Positions 10,039 through 20,464 of a stretch of 64,000 nt of DNA are shown piece by piece; position 1 is the stretch's first letter; each line of letters opens with the position of its first letter. A model generated the notes under the pieces. It ran no database searches. It was given only the letters and a program-made list of their open reading frames with translations, and was not told the DNA's origin. The DNA is taken from the NCBI GenBank assembly GCA_039916665.1, contig JBDSKX010000061.1, forward strand, positions 57,055 through 121,054, read 5' to 3'. Origin of the DNA: Chryseolinea sp. Lineage in GTDB: Bacteria > Bacteroidota > Bacteroidia > Cytophagales > Cyclobacteriaceae. The position numbers and the translations under genes are program-made.

Positions 10039-11867
10039 TGGACGTGAGGATTAACAAGCGGTCCATTGGTGTTAATTTCTCATCACGCGGTGAGTCGGAA
10101 GTAATGTTGTGGGCTCCCAACGCTAAGGATGTTTCCTTAGTACTTACGGATCACAATCAAAGCATTCCTCTTGAAAAACAGGAGCGTGGATATTTTACAT
10201 GCATTACGTCTGGATTAAAACCAGGGGATAGATATGTTTTTCAATTGGATCAAAAAGGTCGATACCCAGATCCAGCATCGTTATGTCAGCCTGATGGAAT
10301 TTTTGGACCTTCAGAAGTAACCAATCTTCATTATAGATGGACTGATCATCAATGGAAGAACACTCCAATATCGGATTATATATTTTATGAATTGCACGTG
10401 GGAACCTTCACTACGAACGGAACATTTGCAGCCATTGAACAAAAGCTTGATTATCTGTCGTCCCTCGGTGTGACTGCGATAGAGATTATGCCCGTTGCAG
10501 AATTTTCGGGCTTAAGGAACTGGGGATACGATGGCGTATTTCCTTTCGCAACCCATCATATATACGGCGGCCCATCAGGATTACAAAGCCTCGTCAACAA
10601 ATGCCATGAAGTCGGAATAGCCGTGGTATTAGATGTTGTTTATAACCATATGGGTCCGGAAGGAAACTATTTTGAACAATACGGTCCTTATTTTACGGAC
10701 AAGTATAAAACGCCATGGGGAAGCGCAATAAATTTTGATGACGTCGGTAGCGATGAGGTGAGAAGATACTTTATTGAAAATGTTCTGATGTGGTTTCGCG
10801 ACTTTCACATCGATGGACTTCGACTCGATGCCGTTCATGCCATACGGGATTTCGGTGCCAGACACATACTTCAGGAGATTCGTACCCATGTTGATCAACT
10901 CATGGATGAAACCGGTAGGACACATTATCTCATCGCCGAATGTGATCTTAATGATCCCAGGTTTATAACAGGAGTATCAAGTGGTGGTTATGGAATGGAT
11001 GCTCAATGGATTGATGAATTTCATCATGCTTTGCGGGTTGCTGCAGGGCATGACCGAAACGGATACTATGCAGACTTTAACGGAATTCTGCATCTCGGTA
11101 AATCCTTTCACGACGCGTATGTGTATGATGGAATGTATTCACCACACCGGCAAAAGACTTTCGGACTATCCGCTAATCACATTTCTTCAGATAAATTTAT
11201 CGTTTTCTCGCAGAACCACGACCAGGTAGGGAACAGAATGCTCGGCGAACGGACCAGCGTACTAACAAGTTTCGAGATGCAGAAACTTGCTGCGGCGACG
11301 GTTATTCTAAGTCCTTATCTGCCATTTCTTTTTATGGGTGAAGAATACGGAGAGACAAATCCATTTCAGTATTTCGTAAACCACAAAGATGAAGATCTGA
11401 TCGAAGCTGTTCGTAAGGGCAGAAAGAGCGAATTCATGGCGTTCCATCATGGAGAAAACGTACCCGACCCTCAATCACAGCAAACTTTTCAACAATCAAA
11501 ATTGCAATGGGGTCTTATCAACAGCGGTAACCACAAGATATTGTTTGAATATTATCGGGAACTAATCCGAATACGGAAAAAGCTACCCGCTAAATTATTG
11601 GGGGTGCGAGACACAATGTCTATCAAAATTCATGAACACGAAAATGTTCTTTTTGTGAAACGGTGGTTTGAAGACGCGGAATTGATCACAATTCACAATT
11701 ATTCGAGTAAAAGCCACAAAGTTTCTGTTCCATTCTTTCTAGATGGTCTCCAACTGATTATAGATTCTTCATCCACAACTTGGGGCGGCATTCAAAATGC
11801 GTTTCCAATGGAAGATGTTTCTATTGCTCCGGAGTCTTTCATGCTTTTCACAAACGCTAATGTATAA
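10035..11867 (+). CDS. treZ: Malto-oligosyltrehalose trehalohydrolase
   Basis: RNWGYDGV, DVVYNHMGPEGNY, DGLRLDAVHAI, QNHDQVGNR; ATGA overlap with glgX. Confidence 0.96.
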   Translation: MMDVRINKRSIGVNFSSRGESEVMLWAPNAKDVSLVLTDHNQSIPLEKQERGYFTCITSGLKPGDRYVFQLDQKGRYPDPASLCQPDGIFGPSEVTNLHYRWTDHQWKNTPISDYIFYELHVGTFTTNGTFAAIEQKLDYLSSLGVTAIEIMPVAEFSGLRNWGYDGVFPFATHHIYGGPSGLQSLVNKCHEVGIAVVLDVVYNHMGPEGNYFEQYGPYFTDKYKTPWGSAINFDDVGSDEVRRYFIENVLMWFRDFHIDGLRLDAVHAIRDFGARHILQEIRTHVDQLMDETGRTHYLIAECDLNDPRFITGVSSGGYGMDAQWIDEFHHALRVAAGHDRNGYYADFNGILHLGKSFHDAYVYDGMYSPHRQKTFGLSANHISSDKFIVFSQNHDQVGNRMLGERTSVLTSFEMQKLAAATVILSPYLPFLFMGEEYGETNPFQYFVNHKDEDLIEAVRKGRKSEFMAFHHGENVPDPQSQQTFQQSKLQWGLINSGNHKILFEYYRELIRIRKKLPAKLLGVRDTMSIKIHEHENVLFVKRWFEDAELITIHNYSSKSHKVSVPFFLDGLQLIIDSSSTTWGGIQNAFPMEDVSIAPESFMLFTNANV

Positions 11868-14800
11868 TCCGGGTTCAACATATCGACTTCAGTTTAACAA
11901 GCATTTTAAATTTTCGGATGCGGAACAACTTGTCGATTATTTCGAGACGTTGGGTATTAAAACCATTTACGCGTCGCCAATATTTAAGGCAGTTCCCGGA
12001 AGCCTTCACGGCTATGATGTGACAAATCCCTATGAAATAAATCCGGAGATAGGAAGCCTGGATGATCTAAGAAAACTTACCGGTAGTTTAAAGCACGCCG
12101 GTATCGGATGGATACAGGACATCGTTCCTAATCACATGGCGTTCCACCACTCTAACCCTTGGCTATGGGACGTTCTTGAGAAGGGAAGTATGTCGGTTTA
12201 TTCCGACTTCTTTGACATCACCTGGGCTGGTGATTTTTATAAAGGTCGACTGATGGCTCCTTTTCTTGGAGCTTCCCTGGAGGAGGTTATCCAAGACAAG
12301 GGGCTAAAGATCATCGTTTGGCAAAATAGATTATGTTTTAAATACGGAGATCAATATTATCCCCTGAACTCCCGATCATACGCGACGGTTCTGAACAATG
12401 AGTCAGCACATGAAAACATAGGGAGTTTCCTCAAACAACTGAGCGAACTACATCACATTACAGATCACGTACAATATGCGCTGCGTTGGCACGAAATATT
12501 GCTTCAGTTCGCTGCCATTCTCGGCCAACATAAGTTAAGAGTCGAGGTAGATAAAACGCTAACTTCTTTTATTGATGATGCCGATCGTTTAGCAAAACTT
12601 GCTGACGAACAATTCTACAGGCTTTGTCATTGGAATGAAACGGACAGCCAGATTACGTATCGGAGATTTTTTCTCGTCAACGGACTCATTTGCCTTAATA
12701 TGCAGTCTGACAAAGTCTTTTCGAGATATCACGAAGCTGTTCATCAATTGTTAGCAGAAGGTGTGTTTCAAGGATTGCGCGTAGATCATATTGACGGACT
12801 GTTTGATCCCTTGCAGTATTTGAACAGGCTTCGACTGCTCTGCGGTCCGAAGTGTTACATAGTAGTAGAGAAAATATTGGAAGCAGGAGAGGCGCTGCCA
12901 AAGTCATGGCCGATACAGGGAACGACGGGATATGAGTTCCTGGGTGCAGTCAACAATGTTTTCACGCGCGCAGGCGCTGAAAATAAATTCAATTCTATTT
13001 ATAAACCGCTCGCTGAAAATAGTAAGAGCATTCCTCAAAAAATTCGTGATAAAAAAGAGCTGATACTGAGCCGGTATATGCAGGGTGAGCTCTCCAATTT
13101 GTATCGCTACTTTATTGAACATGAACACGCTGTTGACGCGGAGGTCTTTCCGGAGGAAATTAAGTCAGCCATTGCGGAGTTACTTATTCAAATGCCCGTC
13201 TACAGATTTTATGGCAACAGTTTTCCACTTCGATCATCTGAACAAAGATTAGTCAGGCAATTGCTAAAGCGTTGTAAGATCAGCAAGCCGGATCTCATTC
13301 ACGCGTTTGACGTGCTCGAACACACATTGCTGAATGACGATGTTTCAGGACTGGCGACTGATGCCCTGACATTTTATCAGAGATTTATGCAATTCAGCGG
13401 ACCGCTGATGGCGAAAGGAGTAGAAGATACCTTGATGTATACTTTTAACCGGTTTGTAGGACACAATGAGGTCGGTGACTCACCGGAATCGTTTGGAATA
13501 TCCACAGATGATTTTCATCGACAGATGACAGACCGCCAACAGCGTTGGCCATTGGCTTTGAATGCAACTTCGACTCATGATACTAAGCGTGGAGAAGATG
13601 TGAGGAGTCGCCTTAATGTTTTACCTGATCTTGTAAACGAATGGAAGCAACTTGTTTCGGAATGGTCGACAGTTAACGACGCATTTAAGAACGATGATGC
13701 TCCGGATGAAAATGATGAGTATTTGATTTATCAGACGTTGGTCGGCGTATACCCACATCGTGATGAGTCTGATTTTCTGCAGCGGATGGATGATTACCTG
13801 ATCAAGGCTTTGCGGGAAGCAAAAAGGCATTCAGACTGGGCGGCGCCTGATGAACAATATGAAGCGGCAGTGACAAACTTCGTCCGATCTATTCTTCAGC
13901 CGGAATCGGAATTCATGAAATCATTTATGCCGTTTCAGAAAAGGGTGTCGGATTATGGTTTGATTAATAGTTTGTCACAGCTCATCCTAAAACTTACATG
14001 TCCTGGGGTGCCAGATATTTATCAGGGGACTACGGGCTGGGATTTGTCTATGGTAGATCCCGATAACAGAAGACTAATCGATTTCGATAAACACAAGGAT
14101 TGGTTGAAGTCATTAGATGCTCCTGACTTGTCTTTGTCGAAATTGTGGGCCGGTAGGAGTGACAGCAAGATTAAGCTTTGGATTGTTCTTGAATTATTGA
14201 AACTCCGTAATTCGCAAAGTGACTTATTCACAAAAGGCGACTATATCCCCCTCGAAATACAGGGAAGACATGCCGATAATTGTCTGGCTTTTGCGCGTCG
14301 GATGGGCTTGCATTGGGTTGTGATAGCCATTCCATTAAATATTGCCAGGATAAGTGATGATTTGCTTGAAATCGATTGGTCAAATACTTCCATTGTAATT
14401 CCGGATGATTTTCCAAAGTCGTGGTTACATCTTTTTAGCCATAGCGCAGGAACGCACATCGGATCCATTGCGTTATCGGATATATTTGTAGAGCTGCCAT
14501 TTGCCGTTCTATCGTTAAACGAAGTCTCGCGAGAAAGAAGCGCTGGTGTTTTGTTGTCACTAACTTCATTGCCCTCCGCATTTGGGATTGGTGACATGGG
14601 ACCAGCGGCAAGAAATTTCGCTCGATTTCTTGCTACGGGAAAGCAGAAGATATGGCAAGTGCTGCCGCTGAATCCCACAAATCAGGATTCAACCTATTCT
14701 CCCTATAGTTCTTATTCTGCAATGGCGGGTAACGTCTCTCTCATCAGCATAGAAGATCTTGTAGAATCTGAATTGCTCGAGCAGTCGGACATTGATGGGT

Positions 14801-16026
14801 TCAAGATCAGCAACGAAGGTGCCGCCAATTTTCTGAAAGCAAATGAATGTAGAGCGACGTTGCTGACAAAGGCTTATGAGAATTTTAAAAGATTTGGGCA
14901 CTCGCTAACGAGTGGTTTCGAACGATTTTCGAAGGAAGAATCTTATTGGCTCGATGACTTCGTGTTATTTGAATTGCTGAAAGATGAGTACGGCACATCG
15001 AACTGGTCGGCATGGCCTGAAGATATTCGAGACAGAGACGAGGTTGTCTTGACTCAATTTACTGCAATGCATCGCGAAGCAATTGAACGGGTGAAGTGGA
15101 TGCAATATATATTTTCCAACCAATGGAATCGACTCAGAGAGTTTTGTGGCATTTTGAGTATAAAGATACTGGGTGATCTTCCATTTTATGTGAGTTACAA
15201 CTCCGCTGACGTGTGGGCACACCGTGATGTGTTTAAACTCGATGAGGCTGGTGGTATGCAAGGTGTTGCTGGAGTACCTCCTGATTATTTTGCAGAAACT
15301 GGTCAGCTTTGGGGGATGCCAGTATTTAACTGGCGCAATATGCAGAAGGACAATTACGGGTGGTTTGTAAAACGGATTAAGAAAAATCTCGAACTGTTTG
15401 ACATACTCAGGCTTGATCACTTTAGAGCTTTTGTTAATTATTGGGAAGTTCCCAAAGGAGAGACAACTGCGGTGAATGGCAAATGGATGGACGGACCTGG
15501 ATTAAATCTGTTTGAAGCACTTCGTGAACAAATTGGAGGTTTGCCTTTTGTTGCAGAAGATCTTGGAGAAATTGACGAAAAGGTCTCTAGTTTACGCGAA
15601 GCACTCAATCTTCCCGGTATGAAAGTCCTTCAATTTGCCTTTGGCGATGGTGACAACGAATCCGATCATATTTCTTATCTCCATCATAAAAATTTCATCG
15701 TATATACTGGCACGCACGACAACAATACAACAAGGGGTTGGTATCGAAAGGATATTTCGCCGAAGCTGAAGAAAAAGCTTGATTTATATTTTGCCCGCAA
15801 GATTAATTCGGGAAACGTCACATCAACATTTATTCGTGAAGCTTACGCATCTGTGGCTGCTACTGCAATCATTCCCATGCAAGACCTGATGGATCTCGGC
15901 GAAAGGTCGAGAATGAATACCCCATCAACCACAAAGAGCAACTGGCTGTGGCGCATGCGATCAGAGGCGGACGAGGACATTGCGGCGACTCTACGCCACT
16001 TGATAGTTACGTATGGGAGAGGATGA
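11860..16026 (+). CDS. treY: Fused malto-oligosyltrehalose synthase (TreY) + 4-alpha-glucanotransferase (MalQ, GH77)
   Basis: TreY: STYRLQF, GLRVDHIDGL, VVEKIL, STHDTKRGED. MalQ: SAGVLLSLTSLP, LRLDHFRAF, VAEDLG, TGTHDNNT. One open frame. Confidence 0.95.
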   Translation: MYNPGSTYRLQFNKHFKFSDAEQLVDYFETLGIKTIYASPIFKAVPGSLHGYDVTNPYEINPEIGSLDDLRKLTGSLKHAGIGWIQDIVPNHMAFHHSNPWLWDVLEKGSMSVYSDFFDITWAGDFYKGRLMAPFLGASLEEVIQDKGLKIIVWQNRLCFKYGDQYYPLNSRSYATVLNNESAHENIGSFLKQLSELHHITDHVQYALRWHEILLQFAAILGQHKLRVEVDKTLTSFIDDADRLAKLADEQFYRLCHWNETDSQITYRRFFLVNGLICLNMQSDKVFSRYHEAVHQLLAEGVFQGLRVDHIDGLFDPLQYLNRLRLLCGPKCYIVVEKILEAGEALPKSWPIQGTTGYEFLGAVNNVFTRAGAENKFNSIYKPLAENSKSIPQKIRDKKELILSRYMQGELSNLYRYFIEHEHAVDAEVFPEEIKSAIAELLIQMPVYRFYGNSFPLRSSEQRLVRQLLKRCKISKPDLIHAFDVLEHTLLNDDVSGLATDALTFYQRFMQFSGPLMAKGVEDTLMYTFNRFVGHNEVGDSPESFGISTDDFHRQMTDRQQRWPLALNATSTHDTKRGEDVRSRLNVLPDLVNEWKQLVSEWSTVNDAFKNDDAPDENDEYLIYQTLVGVYPHRDESDFLQRMDDYLIKALREAKRHSDWAAPDEQYEAAVTNFVRSILQPESEFMKSFMPFQKRVSDYGLINSLSQLILKLTCPGVPDIYQGTTGWDLSMVDPDNRRLIDFDKHKDWLKSLDAPDLSLSKLWAGRSDSKIKLWIVLELLKLRNSQSDLFTKGDYIPLEIQGRHADNCLAFARRMGLHWVVIAIPLNIARISDDLLEIDWSNTSIVIPDDFPKSWLHLFSHSAGTHIGSIALSDIFVELPFAVLSLNEVSRERSAGVLLSLTSLPSAFGIGDMGPAARNFARFLATGKQKIWQVLPLNPTNQDSTYSPYSSYSAMAGNVSLISIEDLVESELLEQSDIDGFKISNEGAANFLKANECRATLLTKAYENFKRFGHSLTSGFERFSKEESYWLDDFVLFELLKDEYGTSNWSAWPEDIRDRDEVVLTQFTAMHREAIERVKWMQYIFSNQWNRLREFCGILSIKILGDLPFYVSYNSADVWAHRDVFKLDEAGGMQGVAGVPPDYFAETGQLWGMPVFNWRNMQKDNYGWFVKRIKKNLELFDILRLDHFRAFVNYWEVPKGETTAVNGKWMDGPGLNLFEALREQIGGLPFVAEDLGEIDEKVSSLREALNLPGMKVLQFAFGDGDNESDHISYLHHKNFIVYTGTHDNNTTRGWYRKDISPKLKKKLDLYFARKINSGNVTSTFIREAYASVAATAIIPMQDLMDLGERSRMNTPSTTKSNWLWRMRSEADEDIAATLRHLIVTYGRG

Positions 16027-16224
16027 AATTAAGAATTATGGCGTTTAACTCGTTTTTCTGTTATTAACTGCCCAATAGCAGTAAGTCAGCGACATTGATT
16101 TTAGAATTGTGCCTCGTTGGCAAGCGACTGCGTAATTCGTCGATGGGTAATTGAAAACAATGATCAATACCGCTGTAGAGATCGAAGAGATGCAAGTGGC
16201 GATTCGCCAATTCATAATTCTTAA

Positions 16225-19200
16225 TTATTCCGTCGCTTTCTTCATAATTGCCTTAATACCATTCAGCGGTATGATCACCCAATCGGGTCTGTTGTTCATT
16301 TCGTAGTTGAGCTCGTAGATTGCTTTTTCAAGCAGGAAAGTTGTCATCAAAATGTCGAGTTCAGCCCGGGTTTTTGGAATGAAGGCGGTATCTTTTACAG
16401 CTTCGCGATATGCCTGTAAGAAGATATTACTGACGTAACGATACCATTCTTCTACAATAGGCATCAATTTCTTGTAATCTTCTTTCCGTATCTGATTGTC
16501 GAGGAAAAGACTAGCATAAGCTGCATAATGGAATGATCGGATCATACCGGCAACGTCACGGAGCGGTGATCTTTTGAGTCGTCTTTCGGAATAACTTCTC
16601 GCAGGTTCCCCTTCAAAATCGGTTATGATAAAGTCTTTGCCCGTAAACAAAACCTGACCGAGGTGATAGTCTCCGTGTATTCTGATCTTCACCACATCGA
16701 TTTTCTCTTTATAAATATTCTTAAGAACCTCAAGAATGTCATTTTGCATATTCACAACTTCTTCCGCAGCCTCCTTGACTTCGCCGTGAAGTCGATTAAC
16801 GTTTTGAGTTTGATTCTGGAATGTATTTCGCACCAGCGTCTTTAACCCGGAAAAAAGAGAGCGTTGATAGTGCAAAGAATATTTCTCCGGAGCGAAAGAC
16901 TCTATTTCCGGGTGTGCGCCAAGTGCCAGGTGCATTTCTGCCGTACGCACGCCGAGAAGACGAATCTGTTCTGGTAATGGTCCCGAGAATAATTCCTTCA
17001 ACAGCGGATGAAGTTCGTGTTCATATTCCAGTTTAGGATTCTCTGCCAACTCTGTGGCTAGAGCAAGCGCTTCAGGACTTGCAAGGATTTTTTCGTTAAG
17101 TTCATCGAGTCTGTCGAGTATATACGACCAGCCATCGCCACTGTTCTCGACAAGCCTTTGCATCATTCCAAGGACTAGTGTATCCTGCCCCGTTTTCCAC
17201 TCAACGGTGCCGGCAAACGCTGGAAGATTGGAAAAACCACTTTCTTCGCTCAGAAATCTTGATATCTCGACATCGGCGTTTATCACATAATCAAGTTTCC
17301 GATAAAGTTTAAAGAAGAGGCTAGACCCGTAAATTATGGAAGTGTTGCTCTGTTCTGCTGATAGCACTCTGGGCTTCGCAGCTTCGTGGTTTGCTGCAAT
17401 CTCTTTAACAAAACTTTTTCCAGAGAATTCAAGCGTGTCCGTGTTAGATTGCAAAATATGGCTGTTGGCAGCAATGTGATCCATCAATGCAAACTGAAAT
17501 TCCGTTCCGTACATCGCGTCGTAAAGTATTCCTGTTTTGCCACCAACTTTGATCTTGGCCAGTACAGATTGGGGCGAATGTTGTATCAACGCCGTTGCTT
17601 CAGTTTCGTCCGCAAATGCAATGGGTATCTGATAAAACTCCGGCAATCCTTCGAGATAACAGATTTCGATGAAAAGAAGCACAACGCTCAGGCTATTCAT
17701 TGGGATATCAGCGTGACGAACGACCTTGATCGTTTCCATTGATCTGCTTTTGCCTCCAAACCATCTTCTTGCTGGCACATACCCAGGCAATACAATCTCT
17801 TCAATGATCTCTAATGTATCTTTACGGACGAGATTAGGCCAGTCACTTATTACTAGTTCGGTCAGCTGACTGCCGGATTCATGTATATCCATTTTTTTCT
17901 TAAGCAGAAACCATTGACAATCATAAGAACTTAGGGAGAGAAAGTAATGATTTTCTGCCTTGATCAGCGGAAATTTGTTCTTGCTGAAGACTTCTTCCGG
18001 GGTCTGTCCGGCATAATTCTGAAGTTCAAGCAGCGCCGGCTGCGCATAGCGAGAAAGGTTGGCCACGACCAGCATGGTTTGATCCTCATAGTTGCGGGTG
18101 AAAGCAAATATCTTCGGATTTTCGCAGGCAATGAATTTGATATCGCCCCACCCAAATGCCTTAAATTGTTTTCGTTTTGCAATGACCCGCTTCATCCACC
18201 AAAGAAGTGATGAAGGATTTCGGTTTTGGATTTCGACGTTCAGTGACTCATAATGATAATCGATGTCTTGTATTACAGGAAGATAGAGTCTATGCGGATT
18301 TGCCTCCGAGAACCCTGCGTTCCTGCCGGGAGTCCACTGCATGGGGGTTCGAACGCCGTCGCGATCTCCAAGGTAGAAGTTATCTCCCATTCCGATCTCG
18401 TCCCCATAATATAATACGGGCGTACCCGGCAACGAGAACAGAAGATAGTTTAGTAACTCAATTTTCTTACGGCTATTGTTCATCAGTGGCGCCAGACGAT
18501 GCCGTATACCAAGATTAATTCTTGCTTTTGGATCTTTGACATATACGCGATACATGTAGTCACGCTCTTCATCTGTAACCATCTCGAGCGTAAGTTCGTC
18601 GTGGTTTCGCAGAAAAATTGCCCATTGGCAAGTTTGTGGAATTTCTGGTGTCTGTTCGAAGATATCAATAACAGGATATCGGTCTTCCATCTGCAACGCC
18701 ATGTATATGCGTGGCATCAATGGAAAATGATAGTTCATATGACATTCATCACCTTTACCGAAGTATGAGGCAGAATCCTCGGGCCACATATTGGCTTCAG
18801 CGAGCAATACTGTTCCCGGATAGAAATGATCAACGTGTTTTCGAAGTTGCTTAAGGAAAGCATGTGTTTCCGGCAAATTCTCTCCATTCGTATTCTCTCG
18901 TTCAAACAAATAAGGTATAGCGTCTAATCTGAATCCGTCAACGCCCATGTTACACCAAAAGTCAAGGATCTTGATGACCTCTGCCTGCACATTCGGATTA
19001 TCGAAGTTCAGGTCCGGTTGGTGGGAGAAGAAGCGATGCCAGAAGTATTGCTTTGCCTCTGGATCCCAGGTCCAATTGGAAGTCTCGAAATCCTGAAATA
19101 TGATTCGTACGTCAGAATATTTGGAGGGGTCGTCCGACCAGACATAGTAATTTCTATAGTCAGAGTCCTGTGGAGATTTTCTAGCACGCTGAAACCAAGG

Positions 19201-19551
19201 ATGCTTGTCGGATGTGTGGTTTAGTACAAGTTCGGTGATGACTTTCAGCCCACGACTGTGCGCCTGTGCGAGCAAGTCTTTGAAGTCATCCAGGTTTCCA
19301 TATGCGGTATTTATTGAGTAATAATCAGCAATGTCATATCCGTCGTCTTTCTGCGGCGATGGATAGAAGGGAAGTAGCCAAATCGTGGTCACGCCAAGTT
19401 CCTGAAGATAGTCGAGCTTGCCCAGCAAACCTTTGAAATCGCCTATTCCATCCTGATTGCTGTCCGCGAAGGCTTTAATATGGAGTTCGTAAATGACAGC
19501 GTCTTTGTACCAGTAGGGGTCTTTTTTATTTCCAAAAGAGTCAGATGACAT
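16225..19551 (-). CDS. treS: Fused trehalose synthase (TreS) + maltokinase (Mak/Pep2)
   Basis: WYKDAVIYELH, GFRLDAIPYL, LLAEANMW, FLRNHDELT; C-terminal RIHGDYHLGQVL and DFEGEP. Confidence 0.96.
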   Translation of the reverse strand: MSSDSFGNKKDPYWYKDAVIYELHIKAFADSNQDGIGDFKGLLGKLDYLQELGVTTIWLLPFYPSPQKDDGYDIADYYSINTAYGNLDDFKDLLAQAHSRGLKVITELVLNHTSDKHPWFQRARKSPQDSDYRNYYVWSDDPSKYSDVRIIFQDFETSNWTWDPEAKQYFWHRFFSHQPDLNFDNPNVQAEVIKILDFWCNMGVDGFRLDAIPYLFERENTNGENLPETHAFLKQLRKHVDHFYPGTVLLAEANMWPEDSASYFGKGDECHMNYHFPLMPRIYMALQMEDRYPVIDIFEQTPEIPQTCQWAIFLRNHDELTLEMVTDEERDYMYRVYVKDPKARINLGIRHRLAPLMNNSRKKIELLNYLLFSLPGTPVLYYGDEIGMGDNFYLGDRDGVRTPMQWTPGRNAGFSEANPHRLYLPVIQDIDYHYESLNVEIQNRNPSSLLWWMKRVIAKRKQFKAFGWGDIKFIACENPKIFAFTRNYEDQTMLVVANLSRYAQPALLELQNYAGQTPEEVFSKNKFPLIKAENHYFLSLSSYDCQWFLLKKKMDIHESGSQLTELVISDWPNLVRKDTLEIIEEIVLPGYVPARRWFGGKSRSMETIKVVRHADIPMNSLSVVLLFIEICYLEGLPEFYQIPIAFADETEATALIQHSPQSVLAKIKVGGKTGILYDAMYGTEFQFALMDHIAANSHILQSNTDTLEFSGKSFVKEIAANHEAAKPRVLSAEQSNTSIIYGSSLFFKLYRKLDYVINADVEISRFLSEESGFSNLPAFAGTVEWKTGQDTLVLGMMQRLVENSGDGWSYILDRLDELNEKILASPEALALATELAENPKLEYEHELHPLLKELFSGPLPEQIRLLGVRTAEMHLALGAHPEIESFAPEKYSLHYQRSLFSGLKTLVRNTFQNQTQNVNRLHGEVKEAAEEVVNMQNDILEVLKNIYKEKIDVVKIRIHGDYHLGQVLFTGKDFIITDFEGEPARSYSERRLKRSPLRDVAGMIRSFHYAAYASLFLDNQIRKEDYKKLMPIVEEWYRYVSNIFLQAYREAVKDTAFIPKTRAELDILMTTFLLEKAIYELNYEMNNRPDWVIIPLNGIKAIMKKATE

Positions 19552-19580
19552 AGCGATAAGATCAGATTTAAAACATTGGA

Positions 19581-19595
19581 GTTAGAATTGTACCA
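19581..19595 (-). promoter_or_regulatory. sigma54-like promoter motif TGGTACAATTCTAAC
   Basis: 29 nt before the treS ATG. Confidence 0.4.
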
Positions 19596-19821
19596 CTTTG
19601 CAAACCTCTACAAATCATTTGCAAAGCGCAGTAAGTAGTATTGTTGTTACCAGCAATTGTCATGCAATTACACACAAAATGCGACAAATTTCCACAATTG
19701 GTTTTTTTTCCAATATCGCATACAACTATTTCTCGTTAATAATTTGAGGCATAGCTTTGGCGTAAGTACAGTATATGTTCGGCATGATTACCTGATAGGC
19801 GAGGTAGGTCGAAGCGCCAGT

Positions 19822-19836
19822 TGGTTCAACTTTATA
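19822..19836 (+). promoter_or_regulatory. sigma54-like promoter motif TGGTTCAACTTTATA
   Basis: 28 nt before ATG 19865. Confidence 0.4.
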
Positions 19837-19864
19837 GCCCGAAAATTTTAGGACACAGACTTTT

Positions 19865-20464
19865 ATGAACAATGATATTAGTATTGAGTGTACAGTGACA
19901 GCAACGTCAGACGAAATGGCAAATGGGATTTTCAAATTGGCAACGCAAAGGCTGCTTAATGTAAACTCCTGGAATGAACTGAATGGCTCTCTGCTCTCTA
20001 ATTGTCAGTTGATGGACGACCGTGGTGTCAAGGTTGAACGGGACGTTCATACAAATGATTACCTGAAAATCCATGAAAATATTGATCAATCGCCGGAATC
20101 ATTCAAATGGATAAAAGTTGAGAGCGTTCAAGAGTCTCTGATGTCAGGAGGTACTGAAAGTATTGTGCTGCAAACGCGGCCTGCCTCAAATCCGTGGAAT
20201 CATTCCTTTGACAGAGCGTTGGACTCCACGGGTGTGATCAGCATCGTCCGGAAAGGTTTGAACATAACAGCACGTGTACACGCGAAAGCCCAAAATGACA
20301 TTGTGGCGCACGAAGTGGTTGATAGAATGAAAAATATTTCAGCCGTTGTCTATTCAACGCTTGGCGCATATTGTGTTCAATGGAGGAGTCTGGTTAATGC
20401 AATACTAGGTGATCTTCGTGAAGTGGAGCAGTTTCCGGGAGGGCCAGGTAATTCAGCGATATAG
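19865..20464 (+). CDS. Conserved hypothetical protein (Bacteroidota stress-island type)
   Basis: 199-aa ORF; RLLNVNSW...QLMDDRG...QWRSLVNAIL resembles an uncharacterised family recalled from Bacteroidota. Confidence 0.7.
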   Translation: MNNDISIECTVTATSDEMANGIFKLATQRLLNVNSWNELNGSLLSNCQLMDDRGVKVERDVHTNDYLKIHENIDQSPESFKWIKVESVQESLMSGGTESIVLQTRPASNPWNHSFDRALDSTGVISIVRKGLNITARVHAKAQNDIVAHEVVDRMKNISAVVYSTLGAYCVQWRSLVNAILGDLREVEQFPGGPGNSAI

